From contig CAWCXJ010000001.1 in the NCBI GenBank assembly GCA_963799485.1, forward strand, positions 32,001 to 96,000: a stretch of 64,000 bases of DNA. The letters are read 5' to 3'. The stretch is from an uncultured Trueperaceae bacterium. Its GTDB lineage: Bacteria > Deinococcota > Deinococci > Deinococcales > Trueperaceae. The position numbers and the translations under genes are program-made. This document shows, one piece after another, positions 29,708 to 39,025 of this stretch (positions are counted from its first letter, which is position 1; every line of letters starts with the position of its first letter). The notes below the pieces were generated by a model. That model saw nothing but the letters and a program-made list of their open reading frames with translations. It did not search any database and had not been told where the DNA came from.

Positions 29708-31282
29708 ATGACGCACAAAGTCCTCGTTACAGATACGATTCAACTCGGTGATAAAACGTACGACAATGTTCAGGTGGACTACCGCGAGGGGATTTCGCGG
29801 AGTGACCTGTTAAAGGTAGTTGGTGACTACGACGCCATCATCACCCGGAGCCGCACGCAAGTTGACGACGCGCTGATTCGCGCTGCCAAGAGCCTCAAGG
29901 TCATCGGGCGCGGCGGCGTCGGGGTCGATAATATCGACCTCGAGGCGGCCTCGCGGCGGGGTATTTTGGTCCTGAACGCCCCCGAATCGAACAACGTCTC
30001 GGCGGCAGAACTGGCGGTTGCGCTGATGCTCGCAGCAGCTCGCGGCGTCAGCCGCTCGGACAAGCAGATTCGTTCGGGTACCTGGGACCGGAAGTTCTTG
30101 GGCCGTGAGGTCAAAGATGCGACGCTCGGGATTGTCGGGCTGGGGCGGATTGGGTCTTTGGTCTCGAGGCGGGCGCAAGGTCTCGGGATGACGGTCTTGG
30201 CGTATGACCCGTATATCTCCCGGCAACGCGCCGCCGACCTCAAGGTCGAACTCGTAGACGACTTGGGCGAGATGCTCTCACGCTCGAACTTTTTAACCGT
30301 TCACACCCCGCTGACCGAAGAGACGCAGGGCATTATCGGCGCGGCGGAGCTGGCGCGGCTGCCGCAAGATGCGGTGGTGGTGAACGCGGCGCGGGGCGGC
30401 ATCATCGACGAGGCGGCCTTGTTAGCAGCTTTGGGTGAGAAACGTATTTTCGGGGCCGGGCTGGATGTGTATGTGCTCGAGCCCCCCTCACCCGACAATC
30501 CCCTGTTAGCCCTCGATAACGTCGTGCTGACCGCACACCTGGGCGCAAATACCGCCGAGGCGCAAGCAAGGGTCGGCGCGGAGATTTTAGAACGCACGGC
30601 GCTCGCGCTAAACGGCGACCTCTCACGCGGCGCGGTCAACGCGCCCGCACTGGCCCCCGACGTGATGGCGGTGCTGGGGCCGTACCTCAAACTCGGTGAG
30701 GCACTGGGTAAACTCGTCGCGCAACTGTCAACGGGCCGGATGCGCGAGTTGCAGATTGAGTTTTCCGGGACGTTTCCGCGCGACCCCGACCCGGTGGCGG
30801 TAGCGGTGACGAAAGGGCTCCTGGAGCCCATCTTAGACGAAGCGCCCAACTACATCAACGCGCCCTCGATTGCCAAAGAGCGCGACATCCGCGTCTCGAA
30901 GGTGACGGCCTCGCGCAGCCGCGGCTACACCTCGCACGTGCATGTGAAGCTCACCACCGACGAAGGCAGTTTCAGCGTCGGTGGCACCGTTTTAGGCACC
31001 GAACCGCGTATCGTTTCGGTAGACGATTACCCTATCGAACTCCGGCCCGAAGGCACCATGCTGATTTGCACGAACTACGACCGCCCCGGCGCGGTCGGTA
31101 AGGTCGGGACGGTTTTGGGTGACGCGGGCGTGAACATTTCGGGGATGCAGCTCTCGCGTGTAGGCGACGACGGTTTTGCGATTTTTGCGCTGGGTCTCGA
31201 CAACGAACCGCCGGAGAGTGTTTTAGAGGTGTTGCGTGGCCTGCCGAACGTACTGGCGAGCCTGACGGTGGTGCGGCTCTGA
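29708..31282 (+). CDS. serA: D-3-phosphoglycerate dehydrogenase with ASB and ACT domains
   Basis: GVGVDNID, GLGRIG, NAARGG, HLGANT, DRPGAVGKVG ACT domain. Confidence 0.95.
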   Translation: MTHKVLVTDTIQLGDKTYDNVQVDYREGISRSDLLKVVGDYDAIITRSRTQVDDALIRAAKSLKVIGRGGVGVDNIDLEAASRRGILVLNAPESNNVSAAELAVALMLAAARGVSRSDKQIRSGTWDRKFLGREVKDATLGIVGLGRIGSLVSRRAQGLGMTVLAYDPYISRQRAADLKVELVDDLGEMLSRSNFLTVHTPLTEETQGIIGAAELARLPQDAVVVNAARGGIIDEAALLAALGEKRIFGAGLDVYVLEPPSPDNPLLALDNVVLTAHLGANTAEAQARVGAEILERTALALNGDLSRGAVNAPALAPDVMAVLGPYLKLGEALGKLVAQLSTGRMRELQIEFSGTFPRDPDPVAVAVTKGLLEPILDEAPNYINAPSIAKERDIRVSKVTASRSRGYTSHVHVKLTTDEGSFSVGGTVLGTEPRIVSVDDYPIELRPEGTMLICTNYDRPGAVGKVGTVLGDAGVNISGMQLSRVGDDGFAIFALGLDNEPPESVLEVLRGLPNVLASLTVVRL

Positions 31283-32416
31283 TGTTTAAACTGCGTCTCT
31301 ACGCGCCCGGCCCGGTCGAGGTGCCGCCGCAGGTTTTAGAAGCCGTCAGCCGCCCGGTCGTCCATCACCGCACCCCTGAGTTCAAGGAGCTGTTTTTGCG
31401 GACTCGAGCCAAACTCGCTGCGGTCGCCTGTGTTCCCGGAGACGACGTGCTGATTTTAGCCGGAAGCGGCACCGCCGGTTTTGAAGCCGGACTTTTGGCG
31501 TGTGTTCCCAAAGGCGCGAAGGTCGTCGGGATCAACGCAGGCAAGTTCGGTGAGCGCTGGGTCAAGTTGGCGCGGCATTACGGCTTTGACGTTGCCGAGC
31601 TGACGTTACCGTGGGGCCAGGCTGCTGACCCGGAAGCCGTCCGCACCCTCCTCAAAGAACACCCGGACGCCGCCGCCGTCATGACGACGCATTCGGAAAC
31701 GTCTACGGGTGTCCTACACGATGTTGAAGGCTATCGCCAAAGTTGTCCAGGAAACCGTACCGGACGCGCTCTTTTTGGTTGACACCGTGACGAGTCTAGG
31801 CGTTGCCGAGCTGCGCCCGAAAGACTGGGGTTTGGACGGGATTTTTTCCGGCAGTCAAAAAGGACTGATGACCCCACCCGGACTTGCGTTCGCGTGGCTT
31901 TCGGAGCGGGCTTGGGCGCGGTCTGAAAATCTCCTGCCGACCTTTTATCTCGATTTGCGTAAAGAGCTTAAGCAGCAGCGCGAGGGGCAGACGGCCTACA
32001 CGCCGGCGGTGGGACTAGTCGCGGGATTAGCAGTCGCCCTGGACATACTTTTAGCAGAAGGTTTAGAAAACGTCTGGCAGCGCCGTAAAACGCTCAATGA
32101 GGCCGTCTTAGTGGGGGCCGCTGCCCTCGGCTGCAGACCTTACGCGGAGCGCCCGAGCGCAGCGACAGCAGCGCTCTACGCACCCGAAGGCATTGCCGCC
32201 CCCGCTATTGTCAAAGGCTTCAGCGCCCGGGGCATGCGGATTGCGGGGGGTCAAGACGACGCCAAACCGGTTTTGTTTCGCCCCTCGGTGATGGGTTACG
32301 CCGACCGTTACGACGCGCTGATCATCGTCGCTGCGTTGGAAGAGGTTTTACGGGAGCTGGGTCAGAAGGTGTCTCCGGGGCAGGGGCTCGCCGCGGCGCT
32401 AACCGTGCTGGGGTAG
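31282..32416 (+). pseudogene. Class V PLP aminotransferase (serine-pyruvate/alanine-glyoxylate type) with a one-base frameshift near 31730
   Basis: ORF1 has PGPVEVP, GSGTAG, GKFGERW, HSETSTGVLHD; ORF2 continues AIAKVVQ...VDTVTS...SGSQKGLMTPPG (PLP Lys); removing one base joins them. Confidence 0.8.
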
Positions 32417-32418
32417 TT

Positions 32419-32820
32419 TTGAGGCTCGAGCTAACCACCCCCGCCCTGCTATTCCCGGCGATTTCACTCCTGCTGCTGGCCTACACCAACCGCTTTTTGA
32501 CCCTCGCCGGACTGATCCGCGAGCTTCACCGGCGTTATCTGGACGGGCACGAAGACACGGTACTCGGGCAAATCGTCAATTTACGGGCGCGGGTGCGGCT
32601 TATCCGCGCGATGCAGGCGCTCGGCGTCGCCAGCTTCTTCGGCTGCGTGTTCTGTATGTTTCTGCTCTTTTTCGGGCTGATGTTGGCTGCACAAGGCATT
32701 TTTACGCTGAGCTTGCTGCTGCTGATGGTGTCGCTCGGGCTTTCGGTGTGGGAAATCCAGATGTCGGTCGGGGCGCTCGACTTGCAGCTGAGTGACCTCG
32801 AGGCTGCCCAAAAAAGATAA
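32419..32820 (+). CDS. DUF2721-like membrane protein
   Basis: TPALLFPAISLLLLAYTNRF signature. Confidence 0.7.
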   Translation: MRLELTTPALLFPAISLLLLAYTNRFLTLAGLIRELHRRYLDGHEDTVLGQIVNLRARVRLIRAMQALGVASFFGCVFCMFLLFFGLMLAAQGIFTLSLLLLMVSLGLSVWEIQMSVGALDLQLSDLEAAQKR

Positions 32821-32823
32821 GGG

Positions 32824-34128
32824 TTAGTGCAAACCGTAGTTGCGTCCTGTTTCTTGTTGTTCTAGGTCGTCATAACCACGTTTTTTGTCGAGCTTGCCGA
32901 TAGCGCTCGGTGCGCTGACGCCGTGAACAACCACCGAGAGCAGCACCACAAACCCCACCACAGCCCACAGCCCGTCGGCGTCACGAAAGTTGGCTTCATT
33001 GATGGCGTAGGCCAGATAATAAAACGACCCGACGCCGCGAATTCCGAAAAACGACAACGCGAACCGCTCACGCCACAGCAGTTTGGTACCTAAAAGCCCG
33101 AGCAGACCGAACAGCGGCCTCAGCAAAAAGATAACAGCGACCCCGGCCACGCCGCCGCCCCAGGTCAGGTCGCTCAAAAGCCCCCGGGCGACCGCGCCGC
33201 CGAAAATTACCAGCAGCGCGACCATCAGGAGCCGCTCACCCTGTTCGATAAAACTGTGAAGCTGGACGTGATAGCGGTGTTCGCGTTCAAAGTGCCGTAA
33301 AGCCAGCGCCGCAACGAACACGGCTAAAAACCCGTAGCCCTGTAACAACTCGGTCACGCCGTAAACGAGCAGCACGGCGGCGAGCGCGACAAAACCTTCA
33401 CCGGTCTCGGCGAGTTTGGTTTTGACCTCGGCCCGGAAGATAAGGTGCATCAAGATGCTGCCCAAAAGCCAGCCCACCGCCGCCCCGATGACGATTTTGT
33501 AGACCAGATAATAGAGCGTCCAGTCGTCCAGCCAGTTTTGCGGAGCCAGCCCGTAGGTTGCCGCTAGAATTGCCAGATAGGTAAACGGAAACGCCAGGCC
33601 GTCGTTTAAGCCCGCCTCTGAGGTGAGGCCGAAGCGCACCTCGTCCTCTTTGCCCTCACCGGGGCCACCAACCTGCACGTCCGCCGCCAACACCGGGTCG
33701 GTCGGCGCGAGCACCGCACCTAAAAGCAGCGCCGACGCCGGGGCCAAACCGATAACCCACCAGCCCAGCAGCGCAGTCGCCGCAATGGTTAGCGGCATCA
33801 CGACGGCTAAAAGCCGCCAGGTGACGCCCCAACTGCGAAAGTTGAGCGGGCGGTCTATCTTGAGACCTGCGCCCATCAGCGCGACGATCACCAGCAGTTC
33901 GGTAAAGTGTTCCGTAAAAGCGCGGTTGGCGAGCGGTTCCGGATTGGGCAGACCGAGCGGCAGGCTGAAGAGCACGATGCCCAGCCCGACGTAAACGATG
34001 GGAAACGAGAGTGCCCGACCTTGCAGCAGCCGCGGCAACCAGGCTGCGCCGATAAACGCGACGCCCAGGAGCGCCATGACGACTTCGTAGGTATCGGGCG
34101 AGCTGAGGTCTTTAAGAAGAGTGTCCAT
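32824..34128 (-). CDS. CPA1 cation:proton antiporter
   Basis: LAPTDPVLA, SEAGLNDGLAFPF, FGIRGVGS. Confidence 0.9.
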   Translation of the reverse strand: MDTLLKDLSSPDTYEVVMALLGVAFIGAAWLPRLLQGRALSFPIVYVGLGIVLFSLPLGLPNPEPLANRAFTEHFTELLVIVALMGAGLKIDRPLNFRSWGVTWRLLAVVMPLTIAATALLGWWVIGLAPASALLLGAVLAPTDPVLAADVQVGGPGEGKEDEVRFGLTSEAGLNDGLAFPFTYLAILAATYGLAPQNWLDDWTLYYLVYKIVIGAAVGWLLGSILMHLIFRAEVKTKLAETGEGFVALAAVLLVYGVTELLQGYGFLAVFVAALALRHFEREHRYHVQLHSFIEQGERLLMVALLVIFGGAVARGLLSDLTWGGGVAGVAVIFLLRPLFGLLGLLGTKLLWRERFALSFFGIRGVGSFYYLAYAINEANFRDADGLWAVVGFVVLLSVVVHGVSAPSAIGKLDKKRGYDDLEQQETGRNYGLH

Positions 34129-34237
34129 AAGGTTCGCGTGTGCGCGAAAGGCCAGCTTAACGCGGCGTAAAAGAAAGCTTGCGTCAGCTACGGCACAGAT
34201 CGAGCTGTGATGTGGTTATGACGTGGTAGTGACGTGG

Positions 34238-34972
34238 TTACGATGCGGTGACGACGAGGTGCGGTGCGTCGGCGGAGAACCGGCTACGGCTGAAGTCGCC
34301 GTAAAACTGAACGTGGCTGAAACCGTTTTGGATGAGGGCGCGCGCGAGTTCAAACCTGTAAAAATAGCGCTGCGTCAGCGTGCTGCGCTGCCGCCGTAAA
34401 ATCCCGGTCTCGTCCGTCGTGTCTAAAAAATAGTGTGAGGTCAGGGTCTGGGTGTCGGGGTCGTGGGTTTGCAGTAAAAACAGCTCGCTCTGCTCACCGC
34501 CGACGTGCGTCCATTCGGGCTCGAGCCGTAAAACGTTGAGCTCATTGAAGTTCGGCGTGTAGAGGTCGAAAGCAAAGCGCCCGCCCGGTGCCAGGTGCGT
34601 TTTTACGGTCTGCAAGGTCGCGTCTTGATCAGAAAGCGTGTAGGCGTGCATCAGCGTATTAAACGGGGCGATGATAAGGGGAAACTGCCGTTCTAAACGT
34701 ACTTTTCTCATATCGCCTTGAACGTAAGTCACGCTGTTTAGACTTTCAGCTCCCAACCGTACTTGACCGCGCCGAGTCATTTCAGGGGAGGGCTCGAGCG
34801 CCACGACTTCATGACCGGCCCGTGCGAGGGCGGCGGAGACGCGGGCCGTGCCTGCACCGAGTTCTAGCACCGGGCCGCCGTAATCGTCGGCTAAACGGGT
34901 GTAAAAGGGCAGGTCGTCGCGGTAGTTTCGGTATTGCAGGTCGTAAAGCTCGGCGAGGGGGTCGTAGTTCAT
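34238..34972 (-). CDS. Class I SAM-dependent methyltransferase
   Basis: VLELGAGTAR, QGDMR, HLAPGGRFAFD; ATGA overlap with the ABC gene. Confidence 0.88.
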   Translation of the reverse strand: MNYDPLAELYDLQYRNYRDDLPFYTRLADDYGGPVLELGAGTARVSAALARAGHEVVALEPSPEMTRRGQVRLGAESLNSVTYVQGDMRKVRLERQFPLIIAPFNTLMHAYTLSDQDATLQTVKTHLAPGGRFAFDLYTPNFNELNVLRLEPEWTHVGGEQSELFLLQTHDPDTQTLTSHYFLDTTDETGILRRQRSTLTQRYFYRFELARALIQNGFSHVQFYGDFSRSRFSADAPHLVVTAS

Positions 34973-36609
34973 ACCGGCATATGGGCAAGTTCGGAGAGAT
35001 GACCGCGCCCCAACCGTAACACCCGCTCCGCCGCCAGTGCAAGCGCCGGACGGTGCGCCACGACGACCACAAGCCGCGTTTTGGCCTGTGTTTTTAGCAC
35101 CTCGACGAGTACCCGTTCACTTTCGTCGTCCAGACTCGCACTCGGTTCGTCTAGCAGCAGCACATCGGGGTTTCGCAAGAGGGCGCGGGCGACCGAAAGA
35201 CGCTGCCGCTGCCCCCCCGAAAGCCCCGCGCCGCTCTCGGCGAGTACGGCGTCCAGACCGCGCGCTCGTACCGTCTCCTCTAACCCAACCTCCCGTAAAA
35301 CAGCCCGGAGCGTTTCATCAGAGAAGGTCTCACCGAGCGTCAGGTTGTCGCGTAGTGAGGCGCGGAAGAGCAGCGTTTCTTGCGGGACGTAAGCCACGCG
35401 GCGCTGACGTTCTGCGTCCGGATAGCGTGACAAATCGGTGCCTGCGAGCGTTACGGTGCCTGAAGTCGGTGTCAGCAAGCCCAGCAGTAGCTTGAGCAGG
35501 GTCGTTTTGCCGCCGCCACTCGGCCCGGTCAGGGCGACGAGGCCGGGGCCGGTCAACGTAAGGGTAAGGTCGTCCAGAACGGTTTCGTGGTCGCGCCGAA
35601 ACGTTACGCCGGACAGCTGCATTCTTGGGAGGCGTGGAGGGGTGGGCTCGAGCCTAGTCTGCGCTACTTTGGGCTCCAAGTCACGCAATTCCAGAAGCCG
35701 CGCTGCGCCCGCCCGCGCACTCTGCAAATGAGCGTAGGCGCGAGGTAAAAGCTGGGCAGGCGTTGACAGCAGCGCCAAAAGCGTCACGAACGCGCCGACT
35801 TCACCCAGACTCATCGCGCCGTTTTGGACGCTTCTAGTCAGGTACAAGAGGAGTCCGGCGAGCGCCGCAAACCCGAGCGCCTGCGCGAGCGGGGTTTGCA
35901 GCGCGGCCCAGCGGGTACGGCTCGCCTGCGCCCGCGCCGCCCCCATATTCGCCCTTTCGAAACGTCCGAGTAAAAACGTCTCGAGCCCAAACGCCCGGAC
36001 GACCTCGAGCTGAGCCAGCCCTTCTTGCAGGTGCGAACTCGTCTCTTCTAACAGCCCTTGCGTCTGCAAACTCCGCCGCCGGATAAACCCGCCCGCCCAG
36101 ACGAGCGCCCCGGCGAGCGGCAACGACAGGCCGAGGAGTAAAAGTGTCGCACCGGGGTTGACGTAGAGCAGATACGCGAAACTCAAAAGAAGCGTCAGCG
36201 TTTCGGCGATAAAGGTGCCGAGACCGACCTGAACGAACGCCTCGACTTGGTTAAGGTCGGCTAAAACGCGCCCGGTCAGGCCGCCGCTGGTCTTTTCGGC
36301 GCTGGGCGCGGTCTGGCCCAGCAGCGTCCGGTAGAGACCCCGCCGCCACGCCGCCCCCACCCGCGCCGCGAGCGTGCCGAACACCGCGTCTTGCGCCCAG
36401 AGCGCGACCGCGCCCAATAGCAGCACCCCGCCACCGACCCACAAAACCCGCGTCAGCGCGTCGAAATTGCCCCGGACGAACACTTGATCTAGCAGTGGTT
36501 GTACCAAAAGCGGCGCGACGGCAACCCGCACGAGCGCGTTGACTGCCGCCGCCAGTGCGCCCCAGAGCGTCAGCGCGGTGCGGGGTAAAAGGAGGCTGGG
36601 CAGCGTCAT
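34969..36609 (-). CDS. ABC exporter, fused permease/ATPase (MsbA-like)
   Basis: N-terminal TMD; GPSGGGKT, LSGGQRQR, LLLDEPSASLD, VAHR; follows the lpxB-like gene. Confidence 0.85.
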   Translation of the reverse strand: MTLPSLLLPRTALTLWGALAAAVNALVRVAVAPLLVQPLLDQVFVRGNFDALTRVLWVGGGVLLLGAVALWAQDAVFGTLAARVGAAWRRGLYRTLLGQTAPSAEKTSGGLTGRVLADLNQVEAFVQVGLGTFIAETLTLLLSFAYLLYVNPGATLLLLGLSLPLAGALVWAGGFIRRRSLQTQGLLEETSSHLQEGLAQLEVVRAFGLETFLLGRFERANMGAARAQASRTRWAALQTPLAQALGFAALAGLLLYLTRSVQNGAMSLGEVGAFVTLLALLSTPAQLLPRAYAHLQSARAGAARLLELRDLEPKVAQTRLEPTPPRLPRMQLSGVTFRRDHETVLDDLTLTLTGPGLVALTGPSGGGKTTLLKLLLGLLTPTSGTVTLAGTDLSRYPDAERQRRVAYVPQETLLFRASLRDNLTLGETFSDETLRAVLREVGLEETVRARGLDAVLAESGAGLSGGQRQRLSVARALLRNPDVLLLDEPSASLDDESERVLVEVLKTQAKTRLVVVVAHRPALALAAERVLRLGRGHLSELAHMPV

Positions 36610-37787
36610 CCTGCTAACAGCCGGGTGACGAGTTTGGTGGCGGCCCCCGGCCTCGGCATGGTCGCAAGTAGCCGTTCGCGCCGCCGGTTTCGTTCAGCTT
36701 CATCGTCCAATAACCTCAAAACTTCAGCCAGTACCCCGCCCAGCGTGAGCGTACCTTTAAGCTCCACCATCAACTTCTCCCCGCTCAGGTTGTTCGGCAA
36801 ACTCACCGGCAGGTGCGGCGCGGCTAAGAGCACCGCGCGGCGTTTTAGGCTGGGGCCGACCAGCGGCACGAGCGAAAGCCAGTGTCCGGGGCCCTCGAGC
36901 GGAATCACTTCGGGTTTATTGAGCGGCAACAAAACCACCGACGGCACCCCGGCGATGCCGAGTTCTAGGGTGTTCGTACCGGGGATGGTTACGGCGAGGT
37001 CGGCGGCGCGCATGTGGGCGTAGCGGGTGTTTTCGGGGACGAGCTCGAGCTTGGCCCCGCTCGGCGTCATGATAACGTCCCCCACACGTTTTCCGGAGAT
37101 CCCACCGAGGGTGTCTTGTTCGGCTCCGGCGGCCCCCTGCGCCAGCGTTTCTTCACTCAGCAACCGGCTGACCGGCCAGACAAAGCGGGCGTTCGGGTAG
37201 TGCGCGTAGAGCGCGTCGGTAAGTGCCAGCATGAAGGGAATAATGTGGACGGCAAAACCGTCACGGGAGCCGCACATCATCACGATATGCGGCGCGCCGC
37301 GCTCCGTCACGGGTTCACTCAGCTGGGCGGCGTCGGCGACGAGGTTGCCGACAACTTCCGTGCGTCCCCCCGGTGCACCTAAAAGCCGCGCCCTTTGCGC
37401 CGTGCGCGGTGAATCGACAAACAGCGTCCTAAGTTTTTTGTGCCAGTACGGGACGAAGGAATAGCGGTAGGCCGGGGCGCGTAACTTAGCCGCAAGCCGT
37501 AACGCAAGGTCGGCGCTGCCGCCGAGCCCGAGCACGGTTTCGGCCTGCGCCCCGAACACCGCGCGGTTTCCGGCTATAAGCCCCAGAAAATCTTTCGGAC
37601 TCGTGACCTTATCCGCGCCGAAAGTCTCGGCGATTTTCGTCTCACTGCCGCTGGCAAACTGGCACGGAATGAGGCTCACCGTAACGTGCCGTTCGGGGGC
37701 TTGCCGCCGCAGTTCGGCGAGTACCGGGCGCACCCAGGTATAGAGTTCGCCGGGGCCGTTGCTGAGCAGTATGATGTCACCAGCCAC
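36606..37787 (-). CDS. lpxB: LpxB-like (lipid A disaccharide synthase family) glycosyltransferase
   Basis: ILLSNGPGEL, VVGNLVAD, CGSR, ADLAVTIPGTNTLELG, SLPN; located after lpxA. Confidence 0.7.
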   Translation of the reverse strand: MAGDIILLSNGPGELYTWVRPVLAELRRQAPERHVTVSLIPCQFASGSETKIAETFGADKVTSPKDFLGLIAGNRAVFGAQAETVLGLGGSADLALRLAAKLRAPAYRYSFVPYWHKKLRTLFVDSPRTAQRARLLGAPGGRTEVVGNLVADAAQLSEPVTERGAPHIVMMCGSRDGFAVHIIPFMLALTDALYAHYPNARFVWPVSRLLSEETLAQGAAGAEQDTLGGISGKRVGDVIMTPSGAKLELVPENTRYAHMRAADLAVTIPGTNTLELGIAGVPSVVLLPLNKPEVIPLEGPGHWLSLVPLVGPSLKRRAVLLAAPHLPVSLPNNLSGEKLMVELKGTLTLGGVLAEVLRLLDDEAERNRRRERLLATMPRPGAATKLVTRLLAG

Positions 37788-37796
37788 GATAAACCT

Positions 37797-38567
37797 CTAA
37801 ACGAACGCGGAAAGCCCGCGTTTGGCTGAGGCTTGAAACTCAACCATCAGGTGCACATCGTCACTAAGAAGTGCGAGTTCTTTCAGCAGTGCCCAGTCTC
37901 GGTGACGAAAAGCCCGCACAGCCTTTTCCAGATAACGGTAACGCTCCCCGCCCACACCGCGACGTGCTAAACCGACCCGGTTAAGGCGGTAGTGCCGCGC
38001 CGGATTGCCCCGCGCCATGCTAAAGGGCAGCACGTCCCGGTTCGACGCGCTCCCTGCGCCGAACATGGCGTGTGCTCCGATACGGCAGTGCTGATGTACC
38101 ATTGCCGCCGCGCCGAGTACCGCGTAATCGCCGACCTGCGTGTACCCGCCAAGCTGTACTTGCGTGGTGAGTACGCAGCCCCGCCCGACCCGCGCGTTGT
38201 GCGACACATGCGCCGACGCCATAACCAGCGTGTCCGCGCCGACCCTGGTTTCATTCCCTTCGCCGCTCGCCCGGTGAACGGTTACGAATTCGCGCAGCGT
38301 CACCTGTTGTTCTAACACCGTAAAACTTGGTTCGCCGCGAAACGCCGTGTCCATCGGTGCCCCGCCGACGACCGCGTAAGGCCCGACGCGACAACCCGCT
38401 CCGACGCGGCTCCCGGTATGCAGCACGCTGCCGGTTTGAATAACGGCGTTTTCACCAACCTTGACCCCCGCTTCGATGACGACAAACGGCCCGACGACGC
38501 AGCCCTCCCCGAGTTCGGCACTCCACGAAACGACCGCCGAAGGGTGAACCGTTGCCAACGTACTCAT
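37797..38567 (-). CDS. lpxA: Acyl-ACP--UDP-GlcNAc acyltransferase
   Basis: Hexapeptide repeats, LREFVTVHR, AHVSHN (catalytic His), VHQ, GNPA..LN..GL.RRG. Confidence 0.85.
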   Translation of the reverse strand: MSTLATVHPSAVVSWSAELGEGCVVGPFVVIEAGVKVGENAVIQTGSVLHTGSRVGAGCRVGPYAVVGGAPMDTAFRGEPSFTVLEQQVTLREFVTVHRASGEGNETRVGADTLVMASAHVSHNARVGRGCVLTTQVQLGGYTQVGDYAVLGAAAMVHQHCRIGAHAMFGAGSASNRDVLPFSMARGNPARHYRLNRVGLARRGVGGERYRYLEKAVRAFRHRDWALLKELALLSDDVHLMVEFQASAKRGLSAFV

Positions 38568-38575
38568 AAGGGTGG

Positions 38576-39025
38576 TTATGAAGCGAAAACGAACGACAAG
38601 GTGGCTTCGGCGGCAACTTCATCCCCGACCAGGGCTTTGGCTTCGACGCGGCAGAGGCGGCGGCGAAAGAGCGTGATGGTGCCGACGAGCCGCAACACGT
38701 CGCCGGGAACGACCTTGCGCTTGAATTTGGCCCCATCGACCCCGGCGAGGTAGCCAATTTGCGGTTCGGTATCCGGTCCCGTCCAGCCTTCACGCACCGC
38801 TAAACCGACAGCGGACGCCTGGGCGAGCGCTTCGATAATTAAAACCCCCGGCATCACGGGTTCAGTGGGAAAATGGCCTTGAAAATAGGGTTCGTTAAAC
38901 GAAACGTTTTTACGGCATTCGAAGGCGTCTCCGTCTTGTGAGACGAAGGCGTCGACGAGCAAAAAAGGGTAGCGGTGCGGTAGTAGCGCGCGCAGCTCGA
39001 GGGGGCTTTTCGGGTCGGTACTCAC
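38576..39025 (-). CDS. fabZ: 3-hydroxyacyl-ACP dehydratase
   Basis: LPHRYPFLLVD, NEPYFQGHFP, PGVLIIEALAQ, VVPGD. Confidence 0.95.
   Translation of the reverse strand: MSTDPKSPLELRALLPHRYPFLLVDAFVSQDGDAFECRKNVSFNEPYFQGHFPTEPVMPGVLIIEALAQASAVGLAVREGWTGPDTEPQIGYLAGVDGAKFKRKVVPGDVLRLVGTITLFRRRLCRVEAKALVGDEVAAEATLSFVFAS

Noticed and set aside
31282..32416. Class V aminotransferase as the missing GnnB
   Set aside because: GnnB belongs to the DegT/DnrJ family; this gene is class V, on the opposite strand and coupled to serA.
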